This document shows positions 52,628 to 61,647 of a DNA stretch of 64,000 nt, piece after piece. Made by a program: the position numbers and the translations under genes. The DNA is from Alloprevotella sp. (lineage in GTDB: Bacteria; Bacteroidota; Bacteroidia; Bacteroidales; Bacteroidaceae), in the NCBI GenBank assembly GCA_045632745.1, contig JAZQXH010000067.1:4776-68775 (forward strand), given 5' to 3'. Under the pieces are notes generated by a model, which saw only the letters and a program-made list of their open reading frames with translations, ran no database searches and was not told the DNA's origin. Position 1 is the stretch's first letter; each line of letters starts with the position of its first letter.

Positions 52628-52801
52628 ACTCAACTTTCGCAAGCTTCAGTTGAATCAGGTTATGAGGTTGTTAGGTCGCTACGCTTTAAGGTCTTGAGGA
52701 CTATCCAGAATGTTAATAAGACCGGATGGTAATTAAACCGAATGGTAAATTTTATAAGCTTAAGACCTTATAACCTAACAAGTTGAGCACATGCTAAACT
52801 T
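52628..52801. repeat. Modular repeat element with end motif
   Basis: Near copy of 21568-21700; ends aagttgagcacatgctaaactt. Confidence 0.8.
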
Positions 52802-52824
52802 GAAAAGTATTGGAGAACGATATG

Positions 52825-52984
52825 CACGGCATAATAAGATACGCGTAAATACCCGTAATACGCCGGAACTAAACGTACAGACTGGAATAAATTCTCCACG
52901 TATCACGAGTATCACAAGTATCTAAGTCTCATAGTCACGGCATAATAAGATACGCGTAGATCCCTGTGATATGCCGGAGCAAAA
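52825..52984. repeat. Two ~48-bp direct repeats, 111-bp period
   Basis: cacggcataataagatacgcgta... at 52825 and 52936. Confidence 0.85.
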
Positions 52985-53066
52985 TAAATACACAGTTCCC
53001 AACTATCCTTGCTCGTACCTAAAAACTTGTTTACTATTCTTAGATTGGTCGCTTTATGAATGAAAT

Positions 53067-53127
53067 GAGGGTGTGTCAAAATGCTAAATTTTGGCACACC
53101 CTCTTAAGTTGTGTTAGAGTGAGTAAA
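53067..53127. repeat. REP-like palindrome; inverted copy of 23466-23527
   Basis: Direct sequence comparison. Confidence 0.85.
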
Positions 53128-53391
53128 ATGCAAGGCGCTGAATTTGAGGATGAAGAGAGTGTACTGAAGTACATGACCAAATCCGAATTTGAGAAGCAAC
53201 GCAGTAGTTTGCTCGTTATGACACAACGCTATTGCTTTTCCTGCTCACCGCGTCATGCTTTTTTCTACTGACTGCGTCATGCCTCCCTTGTCGGGTCGGA
53301 GCTATCGCACCTCTTCCCTCCTTGTCGGCATGCCGAGTGTTCAGTCTGTGCGTTCTTCGTTCGCTTTTTTTTAGCTTGGAACTTTTGCAAA

Positions 53392-56076
53392 CTATAAAAC
53401 AAGGCGCAGCCCTAAAAAGTCGTTACGGTAGCCAGGCGCGTCATAGTCACGGCTAGCTGCACGGCAGATCGACGCATAGGAGTGCCAACTGCCACCACGA
53501 TTCACACGGTTTGACCCTGATGTTGGTCCTGTTGGATTCGTTACTGCTGCTGAATAATAACTTCCATACCAATCCTGACACCATTCCCATACGTTGCCCG
53601 ACATATCGTAAAGTCCTAATTCGTTGGGAGATTTGGTCTTGACAGCATGCGTTTTATCTCCAGAATTTCCACTATACCACGCCACTTCGTCTAACCAATT
53701 GCTGCCACTATATAAATACCCCCTGGACTTGTTGCCACCTCGAGCAGCATATTCCCATTGCGCCTCTGTAGGAAGGCGGAAGTTTTCGCCCGTTAACGCA
53801 TTTAACTTCGAAATGAAGGTTTGGCAGTCGTCCCACGAAACCTGCTCTACCGGACGTTGAGTATTACCTGTAAAACTCGATGGATTAGTTCCCATCACAG
53901 CCATCCAAAGTTCCTGCGTCACCTCGGTTTCGCCAATGTAGTAATCGCTCAATGTCACGCTGTGAACTGGTTTTTCATCACCTTCGGCTCCTGTTTGCTC
54001 CGGTGTAGCGCCCATCTTGAACGTACCACCCTCAACACTCTTCATATTAAACGATACACCATTTACCGTATAAGTGAGTACGTCAGGCTTAATAGTCGAA
54101 AATTTCGCCACTTGCGTATAAACTATGTTTCCGTAATAATCTGTGTAATAAGCAACATAGCTATATTCCGTGCCCCGCGACAAACCGTCTGTTAATGGTA
54201 ATGTCCAATTCTTTGCTCTGTTCGCAGCGTTCAAAACGGCAACATCGCTCAAATGGAAAAGGCAGTCCTCTTTCGTGGGCGTGCTACCCTTTTGCCCAAC
54301 GCAAACACCATAGGTTACAGAAACTTCGTCATTAAAATTAGCATTCACCTGTTCCAAAGTTCCGGTGAACACAGCAGAAGTTTGTTTAACATCAACGACT
54401 TGAACATTCATACTATACATAGGAGGTTTAGTTGTTGTAAATTTCGCCACTTGTGTATAAACTATATTTCCGTAATAATCTGTGTAATAAGCTACATAAC
54501 TATACTCCGTGCTTGGCGATAAACCGTCTGTTAATGGTAATGTCCAATTCTTTGCTCTGTTCGCAGCGTTTAAAGCAGCAACATCGCTCAAATGGAACAA
54601 GCAGTTTTCCTTCGTGGGCGTGCTACCCTTCTGCCCTACGCAAACACCATAGGTTACAGAAACTTCGTCATTGAAATAAGCGTTCACCTGTTCCAATGTT
54701 CCAGTGAAGACTGCAGCATTGTGATCAACCTCTACATTCTGTATGTTCATCGAATATTGGGGGAGCTGCGTTGTCACAACATCAATATTGACGCGCTTTG
54801 TTGCATAATAGTACTCGGAATTTTCAGTCAATATATAAGCTGAAACAACATAAGGTTTTTCACTCTCAAGTTCAAAGACATAATGGTATGTAGCATTGCC
54901 CGGCAATACGTTCGTCTTGGCTACGACCTTAGTCGTATCGTTGAGGACAAAACCCACTTCACGAAGTTCGGCATACGAATCATAAAGACCACACAACACG
55001 ATCTTGCGCGAATCATTCACGTCGGGACGCTCAAATCCAAGCATTTCTACTATGATAGACCTATATTTTGAAGTAGTAAATTCGACGGCTTCTTCGCTGT
55101 ATGCTATTTCACCTTGATTATTCTTGGCATAAGCACGTACATAGTAGGTTGTCATGCTCTGCAGATTCTTGAGTTTTCCGCTAAATTCGGTATCAACGTG
55201 ATTGACCTTCACAACCATATCATCTACATCGGGCATGGTGTTGGTTGCGCTGTAACAAAAACCATATTCTTCGATGGGATACGTGCCTTCGGACAAAACC
55301 GAAGCACTCACTTCCTTACTACCCTCGTTGACAAGTTCATTGCCTAAAACAACTGTGGATACAAGTACGTTCTGCGTTTCAGGCGTTGTAAAATAAACTA
55401 TGTCGCCAAACCCTAAACCTGCAGCCGTAATACCATAAGGGCGAGCGGCATACATCTTTCCGGATTCAAGGTTTTTCACTTGCACGACATAGGTCGTATC
55501 GCACGAAATCTGTTGCACCCCCTCTGTTGAAAAAGTCAAGTCCACATCGTCTTCGCTCGCCACTTGTTTGTAGAAATAAGCCGACATGATAAATTCTTCA
55601 CCACCACTGTCCATAATAGAAGACTGTAACGATGCCGACGTATAGCTGACATCGTTTACGACTGTTACTCCAAAAACAGGAGCCGACATTTTGGGCGTAG
55701 AGAATGCAAGGGGATTACTGTATGCCGTGGAATATCCGCTAAAGGCAAATGCTCGATAATAATAAACTGTGCCGGCATCAAGGTCCGTGAGATGAACGGT
55801 AAACGATTGCTCCGAGGGCGACGTATTCGCTACCACCTCGTGAGTAACAGAAAAGTTTTCGTATTCAGAATATTCGATTCCAAACTTCTCCACCACAGAA
55901 TTGTTTTGCGCATGAATCGTTCCACAAATGGTTGCTCCCGTACGATGCATATTCTCGGCAGGCATGACGCTCAACTCCGGCTCAAAAAAAGAAGGCTCGG
56001 GATCTTCCTTACAAGCCACGAACAACACCATGGCTAAAGCGCTGAATAAAAAAAGATAGCGATTCTTAAAATTCAT
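53392..56076 (-). CDS. Lipoprotein with FN3/Ig-like repeats and C-terminal FGE-sulfatase (CLec) domain; putative DGR target
   Basis: Lipobox FVAC; L..GT.YY.RAFA FN3 motifs; LPTEAQWEYAARGG, MSGNVWEW, RGGSW...GLRL. Confidence 0.88.
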   Translation of the reverse strand: MNFKNRYLFLFSALAMVLFVACKEDPEPSFFEPELSVMPAENMHRTGATICGTIHAQNNSVVEKFGIEYSEYENFSVTHEVVANTSPSEQSFTVHLTDLDAGTVYYYRAFAFSGYSTAYSNPLAFSTPKMSAPVFGVTVVNDVSYTSASLQSSIMDSGGEEFIMSAYFYKQVASEDDVDLTFSTEGVQQISCDTTYVVQVKNLESGKMYAARPYGITAAGLGFGDIVYFTTPETQNVLVSTVVLGNELVNEGSKEVSASVLSEGTYPIEEYGFCYSATNTMPDVDDMVVKVNHVDTEFSGKLKNLQSMTTYYVRAYAKNNQGEIAYSEEAVEFTTSKYRSIIVEMLGFERPDVNDSRKIVLCGLYDSYAELREVGFVLNDTTKVVAKTNVLPGNATYHYVFELESEKPYVVSAYILTENSEYYYATKRVNIDVVTTQLPQYSMNIQNVEVDHNAAVFTGTLEQVNAYFNDEVSVTYGVCVGQKGSTPTKENCLFHLSDVAALNAANRAKNWTLPLTDGLSPSTEYSYVAYYTDYYGNIVYTQVAKFTTTKPPMYSMNVQVVDVKQTSAVFTGTLEQVNANFNDEVSVTYGVCVGQKGSTPTKEDCLFHLSDVAVLNAANRAKNWTLPLTDGLSRGTEYSYVAYYTDYYGNIVYTQVAKFSTIKPDVLTYTVNGVSFNMKSVEGGTFKMGATPEQTGAEGDEKPVHSVTLSDYYIGETEVTQELWMAVMGTNPSSFTGNTQRPVEQVSWDDCQTFISKLNALTGENFRLPTEAQWEYAARGGNKSRGYLYSGSNWLDEVAWYSGNSGDKTHAVKTKSPNELGLYDMSGNVWEWCQDWYGSYYSAAVTNPTGPTSGSNRVNRGGSWHSYASICRAASRDYDAPGYRNDFLGLRLVL
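54098..54760 (-). repeat. 339-bp (113-aa) intragenic tandem duplication
   Basis: aatttcgccacttg at 54101 and 54440; near-identical peptide units. Confidence 0.9.
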
Positions 56077-56504
56077 TATTCCGTATTGTTTAAAGTTTCT
56101 ATTTTATTGACTGCATGCACTTTAAAGAATAATCTGCTTCACTTTTAAATCCATATTTTTTATAGTGGAATCTAAAACTCCGCAAGATATAATATGCTCT
56201 TTCTTAGAATTTTGAAAAATCTAACAAGTTCTCAAAATTAAACTAAATTAACCTCTTTGCAAAATAAAATAAAGAAAATCATCAAGTTTCATGGCATTTT
56301 TTTTATCAACGTGATTCCATTGTTGCTTATCAGAAATATATTTTGGATGAAATAAATTTAGGAAAAGATATAGCAATTGACCCATTACCACAGCCCCTCC
56401 GCTCTTTGGGCACTTTCCCTTCCCCGCTTTTGCGGTACTCTCCCTTTCGGGGAGGAAATTTAGTTACTTTCTTCACGTGTTATTCCCAATTGGGAAATTA
56501 AACG

Positions 56505-56716
56505 ATTAGATTTTGAGCTTTTAAGGACTATGCAGCGTGCAAACAAGCGTTCTAGTCTAACCTTCTCGTATACTAATTTGAGGTTATGAGGTTTTAAGGT
56601 CGCTTCGCTTGTGAGGTTTTAAAGTGAGGTTGTGAGGTTTTAAGGTTATAAGGCTATGCAGCGTGTAAGCCAGCGTTCGAGTCCGACCATCTCGTCTACT
56701 CGTTTACTCGTCTACT
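56505..56716. repeat. Modular repeat region (reverse orientation relative to 49960-50140)
   Basis: G-rich 8-mers, ggtcgcttcgcttgtgagg, ctatgcagcgtg, ctcgtctactcgtttactcg. Confidence 0.8.
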
Positions 56717-57190
56717 ATCTACGAAATTTTGCAAAATTTCGTAGATACATTTTTTAACATCTGTTAACATCGCTCAAAAAGTAAAAAAGTTTAAAACTTT
56801 AACTTCTGTTAAGAAAAACTTATAAAGTTTAACAGATTTTTTCGGAAAATCGAGGAAAATTTTCCTTCTTAAAAAGAAAAACGTTTTTCTTAAAAGGAAA
56901 AATTTCCTACTTCAAAGGAAGAAAATCCTTCTTCAAAGGAAGATTTCAGGAGAAAGGTCACAAAAAAAGGAGGGCAGCGATGCCCTCCTTAACTTTATGC
57001 AAATATACATCATTTTTCAGCGATCTCCAAATCTGCATTTCGCGCCATTTTTACAAAAGTTAACAATTTCATCCCATCTTTTGCTATTTCTAAACTTACA
57101 AAAAGGGCGATTTTTGCACCTTCATTTTTTGCGCCAAAAATCGAAATGCACGAAAAATATCAATGCGGGATTTTCGGTGTGTTATATTAT
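56717..57190 (-). repeat. ~450-bp dispersed unit, copy 3
   Basis: Collinear with 21100-21560. Confidence 0.85.
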
Positions 57191-57193
57191 TGG

Positions 57194-57540
57194 GTGAGGT
57201 TTTGAGGTTGTAAGGTAAGGTTGTAAGGTTATGAGGTTGTAAGGTTATGAGGTAAGGTTATAAGGTAAGGTTGTAAGGATATGAGGTTTTGAGGTTATAA
57301 GACTAACCATCCGGATGGTTTATTCGCTTGTGCTCATCAACATTGCAGTTTCCTCACGGCTATTTATTCGCTTGCGCTCATCTGCTTCGCAGTCTCCTTT
57401 TTCCTTTATTCGCTCACGCTCATCAGCTTCGCAGTCTCCTTTATTCGCTTGCGCTCATTAGTTGCACAATTTCCGCACGGCTATTTATTCGCTTACGCTC
57501 ATCAGCTTCGCAGTCTCCTTTCTCCTTTCTCCTTTTTCCT
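57194..57540. repeat. G-rich 8-mer tract, core AACCATCCGGATGGTT, tandem tattcgcttgcgctcatcagcttcgcagtctcc array
   Basis: Core 57305-57320; five ~35-45-bp units follow. Confidence 0.88.
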
Positions 57541-57547
57541 TTATTTT

Positions 57548-58279
57548 TTAGTTCTTCTGATTAATCAAGCGTTGGTTAACGTATTCGAGTATGCGGTCGC
57601 GGTAGGTGTCGGAGATGGGGATGGACTTTTCATCGATGAGGATGTTGCTTTTTTCGATTGCAGTGATGCGCTGCATATTGACGACGTACGAGCGGTGGGC
57701 ACGAAGAAAGCGCTCTGCGGGCAGGCGTTCTTCAATGGACTTCATCGACAGGAGCGAAAGAATGGGGCGAGGAGAGGAGGCGCAATAGATTTTGACGTAG
57801 TCCTTGAGCCCTTCGACGTAGAGAATGTCGTTGTACTCGATTCTGACAATGCGATAATCGCTCTTTACGAAGAAGCATTGGTCGTCTGCGGAGTCGATGG
57901 TGTCGCCTGTGTGAACAGGTGTGAGCGCTTTGAGGACGCTGTTGGCAACCTCCAAAAAATCGGGGTAGGCGATGGGCTTGAGCAGGTAGCCAAAGGCGTT
58001 CACCTTGTAGCCATCGATGGCATATTGGTCGAAAGCCGTAGTGAATATCACCTTCGTAGAGGGGGGCATGAGTTTTGCGAGTTCCAGTCCGTTGAGCTCG
58101 GGCATTTGAATATCGAGAAATGCTATGTGGGGTTGGGACGTGCGCAACACAGCCATGGCTTCGATGGCATTGGGGTAGGAACCGATGAGGTGGAGGAAGG
58201 GCGTCTTTTCGATATAGTTTTCGAGCAGTGCTCGGGCGAGCGGTTCGTCGTCGATGATGATGCAGGTGAGTGTTTGCAT
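57548..58279 (-). CDS. LytTR family response regulator
   Basis: IIDDEPLA, FLDIQMP, FTTA, LLKP, FLRAHRSY. Confidence 0.93.
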   Translation of the reverse strand: MQTLTCIIIDDEPLARALLENYIEKTPFLHLIGSYPNAIEAMAVLRTSQPHIAFLDIQMPELNGLELAKLMPPSTKVIFTTAFDQYAIDGYKVNAFGYLLKPIAYPDFLEVANSVLKALTPVHTGDTIDSADDQCFFVKSDYRIVRIEYNDILYVEGLKDYVKIYCASSPRPILSLLSMKSIEERLPAERFLRAHRSYVVNMQRITAIEKSNILIDEKSIPISDTYRDRILEYVNQRLINQKN

Positions 58280-58338
58280 GGAGGGAGAGATGGGTGGAGG
58301 AGATGGTGAGAAGGGAGTGTGCGGTAGGGGCAAGAGGA

Positions 58339-59457
58339 TTACGCCTGCTTGCCTTTGATTTCGATGTGGGAGAAATAAACGTCGTTGTCAACTCCGTTGT
58401 TCCAGATGTATTGTTCGGGATAGGCGAGGTCGAGACGGCGGCGCACCTGTTGCAGTCCGATGCCTCCACCACTCTTGTCGTCGGCTGTTTTAGGGAAGTT
58501 GGAGTTGCGACAGTCGAAAATGATGGTGTCGGCAGCATCGACGCTGAGCGCAATGTGTATGAAACTCGGATGCGTAGCGCTAATGCCATGTTTGAAGGCA
58601 TTTTCAACGAGCGAAATAAAGAGCAGAGGAGCTACAAAAATATGGTTGGGATTGCTGACGTTGATGTCGAAGCGGATATCTACGTTGTTGCCTACGCGCA
58701 AACTCATGAGCGCTATGTAGCCCTTAAGGAAATCGGTCTCCTTTTGCAGGGTGATCCACTCTGCTTGGTTTTCGTAGAGTTGGTAGCGTAGGAGTTTGCT
58801 CAGGTCGAGCAGGGCTTGCTGCGCTTTCGTTGTGTCGAAGGAGGTGAGGGCATAAATGTTGTTGAGCGTGTTGAGCAGGAAGTGGGGCGAAATTTGGTTC
58901 TTCAAGTTCATGAGCTCTGCAGCCTTGTGGTCGACCTCGGCTTGCTTGCGTGCTACTTCGGTGCGATGCCAACTGAGACTGAGGCGAAGCGCCAGGGAGA
59001 TGGCAGCAGCTACGAGGAAGTGGAAGGCGCTCTGCACCCACTTGTAGGATTGGAACAGGAGGAATCGGCTCGCCCCGTGTTCATGAAAGCGCCCGTTGCC
59101 ACGACGAGGACGAAGAGGGAGTTGCTCGGTGGAGTAGTACCAGTTCATTAGCATTTCGCGCCCCACGATGAGCGCCACGATCATTACGAAGTTGAGCACG
59201 ATGTACTGCCAGTACTTGTGCTTCAGGAAGTAGCGCGGAATGAGGAGGAAGTAGTTGACGTAGAACACGATGCATGACGCTACGTTCCACACGCTGGTGA
59301 AGAAGTAGCGGCGCCAGTCCGTTTCGTCCAACCCGCCTCGGGTGAACAACAGTGGGGTGAGAAAAATGTAGCCCCACACCACGATGTGGAGCAAGGTTTC
59401 GAGGTAGCGCGCTCCGCGGGGCGAGAGTCCGCTACCTCCGATTTGCAGATTATTCAT
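58339..59457 (-). CDS. LytS-type sensor histidine kinase
   Basis: TMs, LKNQISPHFLLNTLNNI, LVENAFKHG, GIGL. Confidence 0.93.
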   Translation of the reverse strand: MNNLQIGGSGLSPRGARYLETLLHIVVWGYIFLTPLLFTRGGLDETDWRRYFFTSVWNVASCIVFYVNYFLLIPRYFLKHKYWQYIVLNFVMIVALIVGREMLMNWYYSTEQLPLRPRRGNGRFHEHGASRFLLFQSYKWVQSAFHFLVAAAISLALRLSLSWHRTEVARKQAEVDHKAAELMNLKNQISPHFLLNTLNNIYALTSFDTTKAQQALLDLSKLLRYQLYENQAEWITLQKETDFLKGYIALMSLRVGNNVDIRFDINVSNPNHIFVAPLLFISLVENAFKHGISATHPSFIHIALSVDAADTIIFDCRNSNFPKTADDKSGGGIGLQQVRRRLDLAYPEQYIWNNGVDNDVYFSHIEIKGKQA

Positions 59458-60676
59458 AGCGTATAGCTTCTATGGGGTCGAGGTTGGCAGCCTTCTTGGC
59501 AGGATACCAGCCGAAGAATATGCCCGTGAATGTGCAGACGGCAAAACTGAGCATCACGCTCCAGGGCTGAATCTGCACAGGCCATTGGGCAAAGGTGGTG
59601 ATTCCGTAGGTGATGAGCATGCCGAAGAGCACGCCGATGATGCCACCCGTGATGCTCATGAGCACTGCTTCGATGAGGAATTGCGAGAGGATATCGATGC
59701 CGCGTGCGCCAACCGACATGCGCAGACCGATTTCCTTGGTGCGCTCCGTGACGCTCACGAACATGATGTTCATGATGCCGATGCCGCCGACGATGAGCGA
59801 GATGCATGCCACGCAGAGCAAGAGGGTGGTCATGACGTTGGCTGTGGAGTTCATCATCTCCATCATTTCCTTCTGCGAGCGGATGGTGAAGTTGTCTTCG
59901 TCAATGCCTGCGCGCAACTTGTGGGAGCGGCGCAGAAGGGTGGTGATTTCCTCGATGGCTTCGTCCGTATAGGCTTCGGTAAGCGCAGAGGCGGTGATGT
60001 TGCTCAGGTGGGTGACGGCAAGGATGCGCTTCATTACGGTGGAGTAGGGCGCAAGGACGAGGTTGTCCTGGTCCATGCCGAAGGTGTTGTAGCCCTTGGA
60101 TTTCAGTACGCCCACGATGCGGAAGGGGATGGACTTGAAGCGAACGACTTTGCCCACGGGGTCCTCGCCACCGGGGAAGAGTTCGTTGGCCACGGTTCGG
60201 CCGATGACGCAGACTTTGGCACTGAGGCGCACGTCCTCGTCGTCGAACATCTCGCCTTCTTCAACCTGGAGCTGACGAACGTCGAGGTAGCCCACGCTTA
60301 CGCCGTAGAGCGTTGAGGGAGTGTTGTTGTTGCCGTAGATAAACTGTCCGCCGCTTTGCACTGTAGGACTGATGGCTTTGACCATCTTGGCTTCGTTGGC
60401 AAGGAGCTCGTAGTCCTTGATTTTAAGCGTTTGCATGGCGCTGGCTTCCTGGCGTGCTCCGCCAGGTCCTCGGTCGGCACCGGGATTGACGTAAATCATG
60501 TTGGAGCCCATCTGCGAGATGTTGCTCTGAATGCTGGCTTTGGAACCTTCGCCAATGGCTATCATCGTGATGACCGATGCAACGCCAATGATGATGCCGA
60601 GCATTGTGAGAAATGCGCGCAACTTATTGGCTGCGATGGCGCGAAGGGCTATTTTTAGTAGGTTTGTGAAGTGCAT
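59450..60676 (-). CDS. MacB-type ABC transporter permease
   Basis: LTMLGIIIGV, GGIGIMNIM.VSVTERTKEIG, LDPIEAIRYE. Confidence 0.93.
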   Translation of the reverse strand: MHFTNLLKIALRAIAANKLRAFLTMLGIIIGVASVITMIAIGEGSKASIQSNISQMGSNMIYVNPGADRGPGGARQEASAMQTLKIKDYELLANEAKMVKAISPTVQSGGQFIYGNNNTPSTLYGVSVGYLDVRQLQVEEGEMFDDEDVRLSAKVCVIGRTVANELFPGGEDPVGKVVRFKSIPFRIVGVLKSKGYNTFGMDQDNLVLAPYSTVMKRILAVTHLSNITASALTEAYTDEAIEEITTLLRRSHKLRAGIDEDNFTIRSQKEMMEMMNSTANVMTTLLLCVACISLIVGGIGIMNIMFVSVTERTKEIGLRMSVGARGIDILSQFLIEAVLMSITGGIIGVLFGMLITYGITTFAQWPVQIQPWSVMLSFAVCTFTGIFFGWYPAKKAANLDPIEAIRYE

Positions 60677-60680
60677 AGTT

Positions 60681-60818
60681 AGGTTTTGAGGTTATTAGGT
60701 TTTAAGGTTCTGAGGTTTTGAGGTTATTAGGTTGTCAAAATTTCCATATTTTCAGAATTAGATTATTCATTCCGCATGGTCCCTTAAAACCTTATAACCT
60801 CATAACCTTACAACCTTG
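60681..60818. repeat. Modular repeat: G-rich 8-mers, centre, C-rich 8-mers
   Basis: aggttttgaggttattagg... / ...aaccttataacctcataacc. Confidence 0.85.
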
Positions 60819-60825
60819 CATAATT

Positions 60826-61575
60826 TTACTCATCTTCGGGGACGGGGAGCGCATCGAGGGCTTCCTGTGCCGAGAGGATGTTGTCGTTGAGCGTGTCTTC
60901 CTTAATCTGACCATCGCGCAGCACGATGTTGCGCGAAGAGTATTGCGCAATTTCGGGGTTGTGCGTCACGAAAATAATGGTGCGCCCTTCGGCGTGCAGA
61001 CGCTGGAAGAGCACGAGGATTTCGAACGATGTGCGCGTGTCGAGGTTACCGGTAGCTTCGTCGGCAAGGATTACGGCAGGGTCGTTGACCAACGCACGTG
61101 CGATGGCCACGCGTTGCATCTGTCCGCCCGACATCTGATTTGACTTGTGGTAAAGGCGTTCGCCAAGACCTACGGCTTGAAGGGCTTTGATGGCGCGCTC
61201 TGTGCGCTCTTTGCTCGACACGCCGGAGTTATACATCAAGGGCAACTCAACGTTCTCAACGGCTGTAGTTTTAGCAAGGAGGTTGTAGTTCTGAAAAACG
61301 AATCCGATTTTGCGGTTGCGAAGCACGGCGCGCGCACTGCGTTTCATCTTGCGCACGGAGATGCCGTCGAGCAGGTAGTCGCCGCTTGTGGGCGTATCGA
61401 GACAGCCCAATTGGTTGAGCAAAGTGGATTTGCCCGAACCCGACGTGCCCATGATGGTGACGAATTCGCCTTCGTGGATTTTGAAAGAAACTCCGCGCAG
61501 TGCGTGCACCACTTCTTCGCCAACGAGGAAGTTGCGCTTCACATTTTGAAGTTCGATCACAACTTTTTTATCCAT
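60826..61575 (-). CDS. ABC transporter ATP-binding protein (MacB/LolD type)
   Basis: GTSGSGKS, MSGGQMQR, ADEATGNLD. Confidence 0.93.
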   Translation of the reverse strand: MDKKVVIELQNVKRNFLVGEEVVHALRGVSFKIHEGEFVTIMGTSGSGKSTLLNQLGCLDTPTSGDYLLDGISVRKMKRSARAVLRNRKIGFVFQNYNLLAKTTAVENVELPLMYNSGVSSKERTERAIKALQAVGLGERLYHKSNQMSGGQMQRVAIARALVNDPAVILADEATGNLDTRTSFEILVLFQRLHAEGRTIIFVTHNPEIAQYSSRNIVLRDGQIKEDTLNDNILSAQEALDALPVPEDE

Positions 61576-61647
61576 AACTTAGGAGATTGGAGGCTTGATA
61601 AAAATAAGTGAGGAGGCTACTGTTTTCCTGAAGAACAGGACTTGCCT

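Noticed and set aside
52810-53010. Possible DGR template repeat (shares tcatagtcacgg with the variable region)
   Set aside because: Match is only about 12 bp, not collinear and not AAC-rich.
56675-56686. attR-like copy of the tRNA-Thr 3' end (gttcgagtcc)
   Set aside because: Only 10 bp, lies within a dispersed repeat module, and no integrase is present.
57320-57540. CRISPR array
   Set aside because: No unique spacers, degenerate units, no cas genes; same for the 21-bp arrays.
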